NCBI GenBank assembly: GCA_051531975.1
Contig: JAOPTT010000009.1
Span: 64,001-128,000 of the forward strand
Direction of reading: 5' to 3'
From: Spirochaetaceae bacterium
GTDB taxonomy: Bacteria > Spirochaetota > Spirochaetia > DSM-2461
DNA length: 64,000 nt
Below are positions 49,184-59,127 of the stretch, one piece after another. Numbering within the stretch: the first letter of the stretch is position 1; every line of letters starts with the position of its first letter. The translations under genes and the position numbers were made by a program. Below the pieces are notes generated by a model. The model was not told the DNA's origin and did no database searches. It saw only the letters and a program-made list of their open reading frames with translations.

Positions 49184-51283
49184 TTGGAGAGTTCATTGAA
49201 AATACAAAAGAGGTTACTCTTATCTATACTTCCTGTTGTTTTTGTTACTGTAATGGCAGTAACGTTAATAGCGATCTCTATTTCAACAGACGCTATGGAA
49301 GTTCAAGTAAAGGATAACGCAGAACTTTTGAGTCGTAGTTACTCAAGTCAATTAAACTCTAGGGTTATACAAATAAAAAGAAGTTCAAGGGATATTGCAT
49401 CTGCTATTGTTACAGCCGTAAATGTGGAAACTGTGATAATTGATGCAAGAAAAAGATATACCGAAATGGATAGAATATTTTACACCTCATTAGATGGTTC
49501 TATAAAAGATATGTCACCTTACTCTAGAACACTATTAGGTAATAACTATTCTAATGATTTAGATTGGCAACAAGCAATAAAAGATAAAAAAACTGTTCTT
49601 TCTAATCCGTTAGAATATTTAGGTAGCAGAGTTCTATTTGTATATACACCGGTTATTATAGACTATGTTGCCAATAAGAATTCTGAAGTTATTGGTGTAG
49701 TCATAATTGTTATTTCCGAATCTGATGTATTTAAAGATATTCATGATGTAGTTTATGGAGAGACAGGGTCAGTATTTGTAATAAATAGGGATGGTCAGTT
49801 TGTTTCCCACAAAGATCATTCATATGTTATGGAAAAGAGAGTTGTTGATATTCCAGCATCTACAGGTTTAACAAAAATTGAGAACTCTATGAAGGCTATG
49901 CATTCTGGTCTAGCATCTTATTATGATGGTCCCAAAAAACACTTTTTAAGTTTTTCTCCTGTGCCTGAAGCAAACTGGTCACTTTCTTTAACTGGAGATT
50001 ATGGAGAATTTACTCGTGATATCGATTCCTTAGTTAAATTTAATATTCTAATTCTATTTGTTGGAATCCTGTTTGCAACTGTTATAATATATTTAATTGT
50101 TAGTGGTGTTGTTAAACCTATTACAATTTTAACAGATATGGCAGGAAGAATTAGCCAAGGTGATATGAGTTCTAGGTCAAAATTAACAACTAAAAATGAG
50201 ATGGGGATACTGTCTAAAGCTGTTGATGGAATGGTTGATAGATTAGAAGATTATAATAAAACTCTAGAGGCTGATGTTCAAGAGAGGACAAAAGAGATTC
50301 AGGCGGCAAACGAAGAACTTACAGCCATGAATGAAACCATGGAAGCTATGAACGAAGAGTTAACTGTTACAAATGAATCATTGGATCATAATAGTCGTGA
50401 AGTAGAAGCTATGAACGAAGAGTTAAAAGTTACCAATGAAGCATTAGATGATAAAAATCGAGAATTTGAAGCTATGAACGAAGAGTTATCTGCTACTGTT
50501 GAAGAATTAGACAGTGCAAATAGGCAGTTATTAGTAACTAAAGATGCTCTTTGGAGTGAGATGGAACTTGCTCAAAAACTACAAACCGTTCTTTTACCAA
50601 AAGAGCCAAAAATAGCAGGATTTGAAATTTCTGCATATATGAGTACTACAGATCGTGTTGGTGGAGACTACTACGATGTTATTAATGTTGACGGTAAAGA
50701 TTGGTTTTTAATTGGTGATGTTTCTGGACATGGAGTTACCGCAGGGTTAATAATGATGATGGTACAAACCTCTATACATGTTGCACTGTCTCATAATCCT
50801 CATAGTCTTCCTGGAGATCTATTAACTATTATAAATAAAACTGTTCATTCTAATATTTCTAAATTAGGTGGAAACAGATATATGACTCTGACTGTCTTCG
50901 CATGTTTAGATGATGATAAGTTTTCCTTTGCAGGAGCCCATCTTCCTGTTATTATCTATAGAAACGAGACGAAGTCATTAGAGATGTTGGAAACTCCAGG
51001 GGCTTGGATTGGTCTTATTGATGATGTTCATGGTTTAAATGATAATGGTGAATTTAATTTATACTCTGGAGATATTGTGCTTCTATATACTGATGGTATA
51101 AGTGAAGCTGTTACCGCCTCAGGGACTCAATACTCCCAGAAAGCTTTAGCAGAACTATTTATGGATAATGTTGACCAAGATGCAAAGGGCATTTGTAATG
51201 TAATTAAAGATTTTTCACATCAATTAGTAGTTGATGATGATGTTACCATTATGGTTTTAAAAAAGGTGTCTAATGAAGTATAA
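49184..51283 (+). CDS. Cache-HAMP-coiled-coil-PP2C (SpoIIE) sensor phosphatase, SiaA-like
   Basis: Two TMs flanking a Cache-like domain, HAMP, NEEL repeats; PP2C motifs VGGDYYD, GDVSGHG, YTDGI, DDVT. Confidence 0.88.
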   Translation: MESSLKIQKRLLLSILPVVFVTVMAVTLIAISISTDAMEVQVKDNAELLSRSYSSQLNSRVIQIKRSSRDIASAIVTAVNVETVIIDARKRYTEMDRIFYTSLDGSIKDMSPYSRTLLGNNYSNDLDWQQAIKDKKTVLSNPLEYLGSRVLFVYTPVIIDYVANKNSEVIGVVIIVISESDVFKDIHDVVYGETGSVFVINRDGQFVSHKDHSYVMEKRVVDIPASTGLTKIENSMKAMHSGLASYYDGPKKHFLSFSPVPEANWSLSLTGDYGEFTRDIDSLVKFNILILFVGILFATVIIYLIVSGVVKPITILTDMAGRISQGDMSSRSKLTTKNEMGILSKAVDGMVDRLEDYNKTLEADVQERTKEIQAANEELTAMNETMEAMNEELTVTNESLDHNSREVEAMNEELKVTNEALDDKNREFEAMNEELSATVEELDSANRQLLVTKDALWSEMELAQKLQTVLLPKEPKIAGFEISAYMSTTDRVGGDYYDVINVDGKDWFLIGDVSGHGVTAGLIMMMVQTSIHVALSHNPHSLPGDLLTIINKTVHSNISKLGGNRYMTLTVFACLDDDKFSFAGAHLPVIIYRNETKSLEMLETPGAWIGLIDDVHGLNDNGEFNLYSGDIVLLYTDGISEAVTASGTQYSQKALAELFMDNVDQDAKGICNVIKDFSHQLVVDDDVTIMVLKKVSNEV
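50342..50488 (+). repeat. Three 63-bp-period coding repeats with identical 21-nt core GAAGCTATGAACGAAGAGTTA
   Basis: Cores start at 50342, 50405 and 50468. Confidence 0.9.
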
Positions 51284-52121
51284 AAAAAGGATGAAACCCC
51301 AATGGAATAACATTCATTTAGTACAAGAAGCATTAGGGAAAAAATTAAAAAAACATGATAAAGGTTATATCGATAGTGTAAAAATGGTTTCAGGTGAACT
51401 ACTTGAAAACAGTGTTAAATACTATATGAAAAAGAAAATAAAGAGACCTATAGAGTACAGGTTTTCAAATAATAACGGTATTGAAATTTCTATATGTAAT
51501 CAAGAAATTGAACATGATGATATGCAAACTGTAGTTACACTTTTTGAAAAGATTAAAAAGAGTAAAAAACCATATGATCTTTTTCTTGATAGGTTACAGG
51601 AAATTTTAGATAATAGAATAAAAGGTGAAAGTAAGTTAGGTTTATTAAGAATTGCAAGTGAAGGTGGATACAACCTGGACTATAAATATAAAGATAAAAG
51701 TTTTACAATATGTGCAAATAAAAGTGCCATTGCCAAGGAGATAACTATGAAATCATTAGAATATGAGGATCTTAAGATTGAGGTCACAACACTTGATACC
51801 TATGTTAAAGTTGCATGGATAGGTAAGTGTAGAACTCTTAATCCTGAAAATATTCTAGATACTTATCTTGCTAAGCTAACCCAGTTTTCTAAGGGTCATA
51901 AGATCGTGGTTACTTTTGATCTACTAGAATCAATGAATTCTTCAACTGTTCCGCCACTTTTAACTTTTATTAAAGATCTAGAAGAGAACGGTATAGATAG
52001 TACATTTTTATTTGATGATAATGAGGATTGGCAAAGAGCCTCATTTAAACCCTTATCAATAATCGCTGGCAGATACAAAAATATAAAAATTAGACCTTTT
52101 TCTGTCCAAGAAACTGAATAA
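51273..52121 (+). CDS. Fused RsbW/SiaB-like kinase and SiaC/STAS-like phosphoacceptor
   Basis: ELLENSVKY and SKLGLLRIASEG (HATPase-like), then W.G....NPE...Y and FDLLESMNSST; internal SD plus in-frame ATG at 51747. Confidence 0.65.
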   Translation: MKYKKRMKPQWNNIHLVQEALGKKLKKHDKGYIDSVKMVSGELLENSVKYYMKKKIKRPIEYRFSNNNGIEISICNQEIEHDDMQTVVTLFEKIKKSKKPYDLFLDRLQEILDNRIKGESKLGLLRIASEGGYNLDYKYKDKSFTICANKSAIAKEITMKSLEYEDLKIEVTTLDTYVKVAWIGKCRTLNPENILDTYLAKLTQFSKGHKIVVTFDLLESMNSSTVPPLLTFIKDLEENGIDSTFLFDDNEDWQRASFKPLSIIAGRYKNIKIRPFSVQETE

Positions 52122-52138
52122 ATATTGTATTATGCCAT

Positions 52139-55100
52139 ATGGCATATACAATCTATCATTCAAATAACCTTTATGAGTTTATAAACAAGTTCTCCCCTCT
52201 GTTCCATACAGCTGACCTTTTTGGAGAGACAGTTGTAACCGTTGTTCAAAATAGAAACATTGCATCCTGGCTTAAGCTTCAACTAACAAAACAAGATGGC
52301 ATATCCATGGATCTACATGTTGAATACCCTGAAAATGCTGTTAAAAATCTAGTTTTAGGTTATGAAGCAGGGCAAAAGCTATTCGACTTAGACGGTGAAT
52401 CTAAAAGTTTACTATTCATGGACAGTCTTAAAATTGTTGTTTTTAAAACATTAGAAGAGCTATTAGTAGATAATACAAAGTTTCCAAATCTATATAATTA
52501 TGTTCAGAACTCCTCTCAAAGGTTATTTCAGTTATCAGATAGTATTGCAGGTCTCTTTTATCATTATGGTATGAACTGTCCACAAATGGTTAGTAGTTGG
52601 GATAAAAATGAACTTTATAAAAATGTAGATGGCTTAGTTTTAAGAGCAGAAGATCAAACATGGCAAATGGCATTATGGAATAGGCTTTTTAGTGGCGAAA
52701 CTAATTATTTACATATAAGTAAAGTTTTAACATCTGTTTTAGAAAGTAAAGAGAGTTATAATTCCCAGTTATCTCCATATGGGAAATGTAGAGTTATATT
52801 GTTTGGTTCATCATTTTTAGGTGAATCTGCTATTAAATTTTTTAATTATCTAAGTTCTGATATTGAAATCCACCATTTTATATTAACACCATCTAATATA
52901 TATATTGGAGAAGAAGAGGTAAAACCTGTCTCTTTATTAAATAGGTTTAGTGGTTTAATAAATGGATTCACATCTATAAGCAGAGAGCCGGATTTTACTA
53001 AAAGTCGAATAAACCTTTTAATTAACAATAGTAATGGATCCCTATTAAGCCAACTAAAACAAGGCATTAAAGAGAACTCATTAGTTGAACAGGATAGACC
53101 ACAGTTACTAAATATTTCAGACAGTGATAACTCGTTAAGAATATGTAAAGTAACTGGAGGGTGGCGTGAAATTGAAATCTTAAAAGATAAAATTTTAGCA
53201 CTCCTAGACTTTGATTCAGAACTTAAGCTTACAGATATTGGTGTTGTTGCGCCTGAAATAACAAATTATAGTTCATATATAGAGGGCGTCTTTCCAGAAG
53301 TAGAATTAAAAGATGATGGAACCCCTATCTTTGGTAAAAAACATATTCCATATAATATTATGGGACTAAAAGGAGGTGAGGATTCTCCTTATATTAGAGG
53401 AATCTTATCCCTCTTAGATCTACCAGGTAGTGACTTTAACCGTAAAGATATTTTTAATTTAATATCAAATCCATGTTTTATGCAGAAGTTTAATTTAACA
53501 AATTCAGTAAGAGATCTTTTTCTAGAACAAGTCGATGCCTTGAATATAAAGTGGGGTATCGATGGAAAACACAGGGTAGATCTTGGTTATACAAATGATA
53601 ACTTTAATACATGGGAAGATGGTTTTAAAAGGTTTTTATTAGGGATCGCACTTAATAGAGGTAGTGATGTTTCTTTACCACATAATGTAACTGATTCCCA
53701 GGCAACTGATTCATTAGGAGAATTAGTTCATATTATACGTTCACTGTATAGTGACTTATGGAACCTAAACAGTCTAAGTCTTAACATGGATGAGTGGGTA
53801 TATTATATCGAAACAGTTATGGAAACATATTTACAGCCTGTTAAAAATGATCTGTTTGATGAAAGAGAGCGACTATCTGTTAAACATCAATATAGAAATA
53901 TACTGAATTTATTAGATGATCTTAAAAACCTCTCTAATTTTAAGAAAAGGAACATCCCTTATGCTGTGTTTAGATCTTTATTAAAAGAGTTTATTGTCAA
54001 ATCTGGAAATAGCAGAGGTCGGTATCTAACCGGGGGAATAACTTTTTCATCTCTTAAACCTTTAAGGGCTGTACCATTTAAACATATATTTGTATTAGGG
54101 CTTAACGAGGAACTTTTTCCAGGTAAAGAGAAAGTCCCAAGTTATGACCTTAGAGGCATTTATGACCAAAAAATTGACTTATCAAAGAGACAAAATGATA
54201 AATTTGCATTTTTAGAACTGTTATTATCTGCTAAAGATAGCCTTACACTATTCTACAATGCAAAAAATCAAGTAACAGGGGAAGAGTTACAACCCTCAGT
54301 TGTTATTAATGAACTACTTGAAGCTATCTCAATTAACTTTGGGAATACCCAGTTCCAGGAGAATGTTCTAATAGAAAATCACCCACTTCATAATTTCGAT
54401 TCAAAGTATTTTTCCACATCATCCACATTAAAGTCTTATAACAGAAGGGCTTATGAATCAGCCAATGCTTATGGCGGTCAAAAGAATATTGCTGAACCTA
54501 TAGATCTTTATGATCTAGGTGAGAACACAGATGATATAGAGATAGATATTAAGGATTTAATACAGTTTGTTAAAAACCCTGTTAAATCATTTTTCACAAA
54601 ATCAGAAGGCCTGTATATAGATGAAAGTGAGTCTAAGGAAGAGGATGTTTTTGAAAATAGGGATTTAGGTTTTATAACAAAATGGAAACTAGCAACAATG
54701 GTGTTAGAATATGGATTGGAAAACAGTATCGATTTAGAACCTTTAAGTGACAGTTTTTTTAATACAGCAAAAATTGAGGGTGCATTTAAAGATGACAATC
54801 TAACAACTAATATTAGAGAGGAAGTTAACGATTTAATAAAAGGTGTTGATAACTTTTTAACAGATAATGGGTTAAAAGGGACTAGTTTTGTTAGAGAAAA
54901 TAGAGAGCTAAAGGCCGAGTATAAACCTATTATTTTTGATATTGAAGGTAAAAAGGTTTCCATTATTGGTGAGTTAGAAAATTTGTGGATAAATGACAAT
55001 AGAGAGTGTTTTACCACTGGTATTAGTCTTGGTAGTGGGAAAGAGATGAAGCCTAAAGATAAAATAACCCCATATATCTACTCATTAATAATGTATAGTC

Positions 55101-55465
55101 ATGAAAATATGCTTGAAGAAAAAATAACCGCTTACAGTATTGGTAAAGAGGTAATAGCCCCTACAGAATTTGTTAGAAACGACAAAGCTAAAGAAAATCT
55201 GAGATCATTAGTGGAATTATATATTCAAAATAGCCAAAAACCGATACCTATATTTCCTGATATTATGGAAGATCCTGATAGTGAATCCCTTTCTAAAGCA
55301 TGGGAAAAGTCAGCTGATAATTCTATGTTTTACTCTTTAATTGCTGAGTGTCCATATGTGAAAATGGCGTATGGTGATCAAATTCCTGAATTTGAAACTG
55401 AAGATATCGATAAAATATACAGTGCTCTATATAGTGAAATTATTGTAAAGAAGGCAAAAAAGTGA
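52139..55465 (+). CDS. recC: Exodeoxyribonuclease V gamma subunit
   Basis: HSNNL, REIEILKD, KPLRAVPFK, PSVVINEL, HPLHNFD; directly upstream of recB and recD. Confidence 0.92.
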   Translation: MAYTIYHSNNLYEFINKFSPLFHTADLFGETVVTVVQNRNIASWLKLQLTKQDGISMDLHVEYPENAVKNLVLGYEAGQKLFDLDGESKSLLFMDSLKIVVFKTLEELLVDNTKFPNLYNYVQNSSQRLFQLSDSIAGLFYHYGMNCPQMVSSWDKNELYKNVDGLVLRAEDQTWQMALWNRLFSGETNYLHISKVLTSVLESKESYNSQLSPYGKCRVILFGSSFLGESAIKFFNYLSSDIEIHHFILTPSNIYIGEEEVKPVSLLNRFSGLINGFTSISREPDFTKSRINLLINNSNGSLLSQLKQGIKENSLVEQDRPQLLNISDSDNSLRICKVTGGWREIEILKDKILALLDFDSELKLTDIGVVAPEITNYSSYIEGVFPEVELKDDGTPIFGKKHIPYNIMGLKGGEDSPYIRGILSLLDLPGSDFNRKDIFNLISNPCFMQKFNLTNSVRDLFLEQVDALNIKWGIDGKHRVDLGYTNDNFNTWEDGFKRFLLGIALNRGSDVSLPHNVTDSQATDSLGELVHIIRSLYSDLWNLNSLSLNMDEWVYYIETVMETYLQPVKNDLFDERERLSVKHQYRNILNLLDDLKNLSNFKKRNIPYAVFRSLLKEFIVKSGNSRGRYLTGGITFSSLKPLRAVPFKHIFVLGLNEELFPGKEKVPSYDLRGIYDQKIDLSKRQNDKFAFLELLLSAKDSLTLFYNAKNQVTGEELQPSVVINELLEAISINFGNTQFQENVLIENHPLHNFDSKYFSTSSTLKSYNRRAYESANAYGGQKNIAEPIDLYDLGENTDDIEIDIKDLIQFVKNPVKSFFTKSEGLYIDESESKEEDVFENRDLGFITKWKLATMVLEYGLENSIDLEPLSDSFFNTAKIEGAFKDDNLTTNIREEVNDLIKGVDNFLTDNGLKGTSFVRENRELKAEYKPIIFDIEGKKVSIIGELENLWINDNRECFTTGISLGSGKEMKPKDKITPYIYSLIMYSHENMLEEKITAYSIGKEVIAPTEFVRNDKAKENLRSLVELYIQNSQKPIPIFPDIMEDPDSESLSKAWEKSADNSMFYSLIAECPYVKMAYGDQIPEFETEDIDKIYSALYSEIIVKKAKK

Positions 55466-58400
55466 GCAGAGAGTTTGTAATAAATAGTGACAATACAATT
55501 GATATAAATCTTAGAAACAGTACTCTACTAGAAGCTTCTGCAGGAACAGGTAAAACTTATAGTTTAGAACGAATAGTATTAAACTTAATAAGAGATAAAA
55601 AATATGGACTGACTATTAAAGATATTTTAGTAGTTACATTTACTAATAAAGCAACAAGAGAGATGAAGGAACGGATTAGGATTATACTTATAGAGGAGTA
55701 TAGGAAAGAGACAGACCTTGAGATAAGAAATAGATTAGAGGATGCTATAGGCTCTTTTGATGAAGCTTCAATATTTACTATCCATGGATTTTGCCAAAAT
55801 ACACTTCAAACTTTTCCATTTGAGTCTTTATCACTTTTTAGTCAAGAAATAAATCAGGATGTTACACTTTTAGAGAGTTCTGTCTGGGACTATCTAAGAC
55901 ATTTTGAAGCCTCTGCTACAGATTCTGAACTTAGAGAGTTTTATGCATTTAGAGGAAACAAAAAATTTACAGATGTAGTTACTGAACTTTGTAAGTTATA
56001 TAACAGAGATGAGTTTAAAGGACAATTTAATTATTTCCCAGGTGCTGAAGATGTAAAAGATATATATGTTTTGCAAAATGAGTTTGATAGTGTAAAAGGT
56101 CAATTAATAGAACTTATCAATACTTTTAAAAACTATAATGCCGACCTGATGTGGGCATCATCTAAGGCTATGTCATGTGCAACCCGGGTTACATCTTTTC
56201 AGAAAGTACATTTAGGTTTTGAATCTATTGTTATAGATGATGGTTTTTTTAGCTTTATGGAAAAGCTTTATACTAAAGGGTTTTGTGATAATTTATACAA
56301 ATTAAGCAGCCAGTATTTAGAATCAAAGAGTAAAAAAGGTTATACTATAGATGATGTTGATGTTACTTCTAGAGAGATTATTCTTAATGTCGATATGTTA
56401 TTTGCATGTCTTGAACCTCTATTTGATTCAAAAAATCTTACTAAAAACCCAATAGTTAGTTTTTTATCCGGTGAATTTATTAAAAAATCTATCCCTAGTA
56501 TTTCTGAGCTATATAAAATTAGACAAGAAAAACTAGGGGCTTTATCATACAACGATTTAATTGATAACCTGCATTCTAGATTGATGAACCTAGAGGATGA
56601 GTCATTATTAAAAGCTATACAAAACAGGTATAAAATAGCACTAATAGATGAGTTTCAGGATACTGACAAAAAACAGTGGGATATTTTTAGCAGAGTTTTT
56701 GCAGATAGCCCGTTCCATAACTTCATCTTAATAGGTGATCCTAAACAATCAATTTATGGTTTTAGAGGTGCCGATTTAGAGATTTATTACCAAGCTAGAG
56801 AGACCGTATTAGAAGATAATAGGTTCTTTTTAGGTACAAACTTTAGATCAGAAACTGGGATCGTGGATGGTGTTAATAGGATATTTGACCCAGTTTTTTC
56901 TGTTAAAGGTAAGGGTAATACTGCACCAACTACATTTACCAACGTTAAGGACTCAGGGAAAACATATAGAGCTATTAATGATACAAAACAAAATATAGAA
57001 TTCATAGTTTATGATGAGGATGTAAAAGAGGGAAAACTTCTAAGCGCCAAGGAGTGTAAAAGAGGTTATTTTAGAACAGTTATTAATAAAATTGTATCAC
57101 TTCTTTCCGATAGTGACAAAGTTCTTCCTGGTGATATTGCTATATTGGTTGAAAACCATAGGGATTCAATAATTTTAAGGGATTCACTATTAAATAGAGG
57201 GGTCCCAGTAGTTATTTCTAAACAAAAAAATGTCTACTTTTCCGCTGAAGCAAACCATATATTATCTCTTCTAAAAGCGCTAAATAGACCTGGAGGTCGA
57301 GGAGAATTAAAAGCTGTTCTGTTATCTCCTCTTTTTAACTACAGCTTAAAAGAGATCCACCAAATGGAAGAACTCGGTGAGTTAGAAGTAATCTCTACCC
57401 AGTTTTTAATCTGGAGTCAAAGGTTAATACATTCAGGGATTATAAGTATGTGGGAAGAGCTTCAGGCTTTTTCTACAAAAGGTCACCTCCAGACAAGACT
57501 ACTATCAACTATTAATGGTGAGAGGGCGTATACAAACTATAAACATTTAATAGAAAATTTAAATGATATACAGCGAGGTGAGAGGCTAACAAGTTTAACC
57601 TTGTACCAGAGGTTACATAATTTAATGTCTTCGGCCCAAGAAGATGAAGAAAACTCAGTAAGATTGGATAGAGAGTCACAAGCTATTCAAATTATGACAA
57701 TACACGCAAGTAAAGGTTTAGAGTTCCCTGTGGTCTTTTTTGCTGGTGGTATTACTAAACCAAGAAATAGCTCTGCTGGGTATGGTATTAAATATGCTGA
57801 TAAAAATAGCTCTTGGACTATGGATTTTTTATCTGGATCTAATAGCCAGATATATGCACAAAGAGATGAATGGGAAGAGAAAAAACGACTCTATTATGTT
57901 GCTTTTACTAGAGCTGCAAATAAATTATACCTACCACTTTTCCCCAATTGTGAATTAACCGTATTAAGCTCTTTATATGCTAGTTTAGATTGGGATCAAA
58001 ATAGACTTCGAATAGAAGAGATAGCCGATGGGTTATTGGAAATGTGTGAACAACCGATACATAATCAGCTAAAAATATCCAATGCTAAAAAAGCTAAGGA
58101 GATTAAAGCTGCCTTAGTTACAAAGGTATATGATGATGTATTAAACTTAGCTAAGGTAAATCCAAAAACATTTTTTATTAACAACGATTATCTAGAATCT
58201 AATTATAATCGATATGAACTTAAACAAAATTCTGAATCTTTAACTTTTACAGATTTAAAATCTAAACGGGGCTTTAGACATAGGATAACTTGGGTTTCTA
58301 GTTATTCAGGTTTAACAAAAGATAGCCATGGATCAGTTTCAAAAGAAGATGCTGACCGTGAAGATGATGAAGAAGTTATTATACCAGTATATAAAAAATC

Positions 58401-59127
58401 AGATGAAATTAACTGCTTTAATGTTCCTGGAGGAGCAACTTTTGGAGATCTAATACATGAGTTTTTTGAACAGGTAGATTTTGGGAATTATAACCTTCCC
58501 TTAGAGGAATTTTTGGTTAATGAAGATGTGAATTATATCTTTCTATCAGAGGCAAAAAAACATTTTGATTTAGAGTGGGCTAAAAAATACGGTATAGTTT
58601 CAAAAACAATGGTTTGGAATACTCTGAATTGTAAATTAAATCTCGACGGAGAGATGGTTCCTCTTGGAACATTTAACAAAGAGAATCGAATACATGAAAG
58701 AGAATTTTACTTTAGGGTAGATTCAAATAATAAATTTGTAAGCCACAACTTAGAATTAATTGTAGAAGAGGGTTATTTAAAAGGTTTTATCGACCTTATA
58801 ATAAACTACAATGGGAAATTATATATTGCAGACTGGAAGACAACAACTATAAAAGGTGAAGAGAGTTTTAATAACTATAATATAGACCGGGTTGATAAAA
58901 GTATGAACGAGCATAACTACCACCTACAGGGATTAATATATACTGTCGCTATTTATCTACACCTACAAAAAACCAAGACCAGTTTTGATTATAACAGTGA
59001 CATTGGTGGATATTTTTACTTCTATGTTAGGGGGATAGACCCAAATGGACAAACTGGTATTAGTTTTTATAAACCAACTGAGGTTGAAGTATTAGAATTT
59101 ATCAGAGAACTAAGGAGTGATATATGA
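55462..59127 (+). CDS. recB: Exodeoxyribonuclease V beta subunit
   Basis: EASAGTGKT, TIHGFC, IDEFQDT, GDPKQSIYGFRGAD, TIHASKGLEF; nuclease GFIDLI...DWKT. Confidence 0.95.
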   Translation: MSREFVINSDNTIDINLRNSTLLEASAGTGKTYSLERIVLNLIRDKKYGLTIKDILVVTFTNKATREMKERIRIILIEEYRKETDLEIRNRLEDAIGSFDEASIFTIHGFCQNTLQTFPFESLSLFSQEINQDVTLLESSVWDYLRHFEASATDSELREFYAFRGNKKFTDVVTELCKLYNRDEFKGQFNYFPGAEDVKDIYVLQNEFDSVKGQLIELINTFKNYNADLMWASSKAMSCATRVTSFQKVHLGFESIVIDDGFFSFMEKLYTKGFCDNLYKLSSQYLESKSKKGYTIDDVDVTSREIILNVDMLFACLEPLFDSKNLTKNPIVSFLSGEFIKKSIPSISELYKIRQEKLGALSYNDLIDNLHSRLMNLEDESLLKAIQNRYKIALIDEFQDTDKKQWDIFSRVFADSPFHNFILIGDPKQSIYGFRGADLEIYYQARETVLEDNRFFLGTNFRSETGIVDGVNRIFDPVFSVKGKGNTAPTTFTNVKDSGKTYRAINDTKQNIEFIVYDEDVKEGKLLSAKECKRGYFRTVINKIVSLLSDSDKVLPGDIAILVENHRDSIILRDSLLNRGVPVVISKQKNVYFSAEANHILSLLKALNRPGGRGELKAVLLSPLFNYSLKEIHQMEELGELEVISTQFLIWSQRLIHSGIISMWEELQAFSTKGHLQTRLLSTINGERAYTNYKHLIENLNDIQRGERLTSLTLYQRLHNLMSSAQEDEENSVRLDRESQAIQIMTIHASKGLEFPVVFFAGGITKPRNSSAGYGIKYADKNSSWTMDFLSGSNSQIYAQRDEWEEKKRLYYVAFTRAANKLYLPLFPNCELTVLSSLYASLDWDQNRLRIEEIADGLLEMCEQPIHNQLKISNAKKAKEIKAALVTKVYDDVLNLAKVNPKTFFINNDYLESNYNRYELKQNSESLTFTDLKSKRGFRHRITWVSSYSGLTKDSHGSVSKEDADREDDEEVIIPVYKKSDEINCFNVPGGATFGDLIHEFFEQVDFGNYNLPLEEFLVNEDVNYIFLSEAKKHFDLEWAKKYGIVSKTMVWNTLNCKLNLDGEMVPLGTFNKENRIHEREFYFRVDSNNKFVSHNLELIVEEGYLKGFIDLIINYNGKLYIADWKTTTIKGEESFNNYNIDRVDKSMNEHNYHLQGLIYTVAIYLHLQKTKTSFDYNSDIGGYFYFYVRGIDPNGQTGISFYKPTEVEVLEFIRELRSDI

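Noticed and set aside
50342..50488. Regularly spaced 21-nt repeats as a mini CRISPR array
   Set aside because: In frame within a coding coiled coil, spacers resemble one another, and no cas genes are present.
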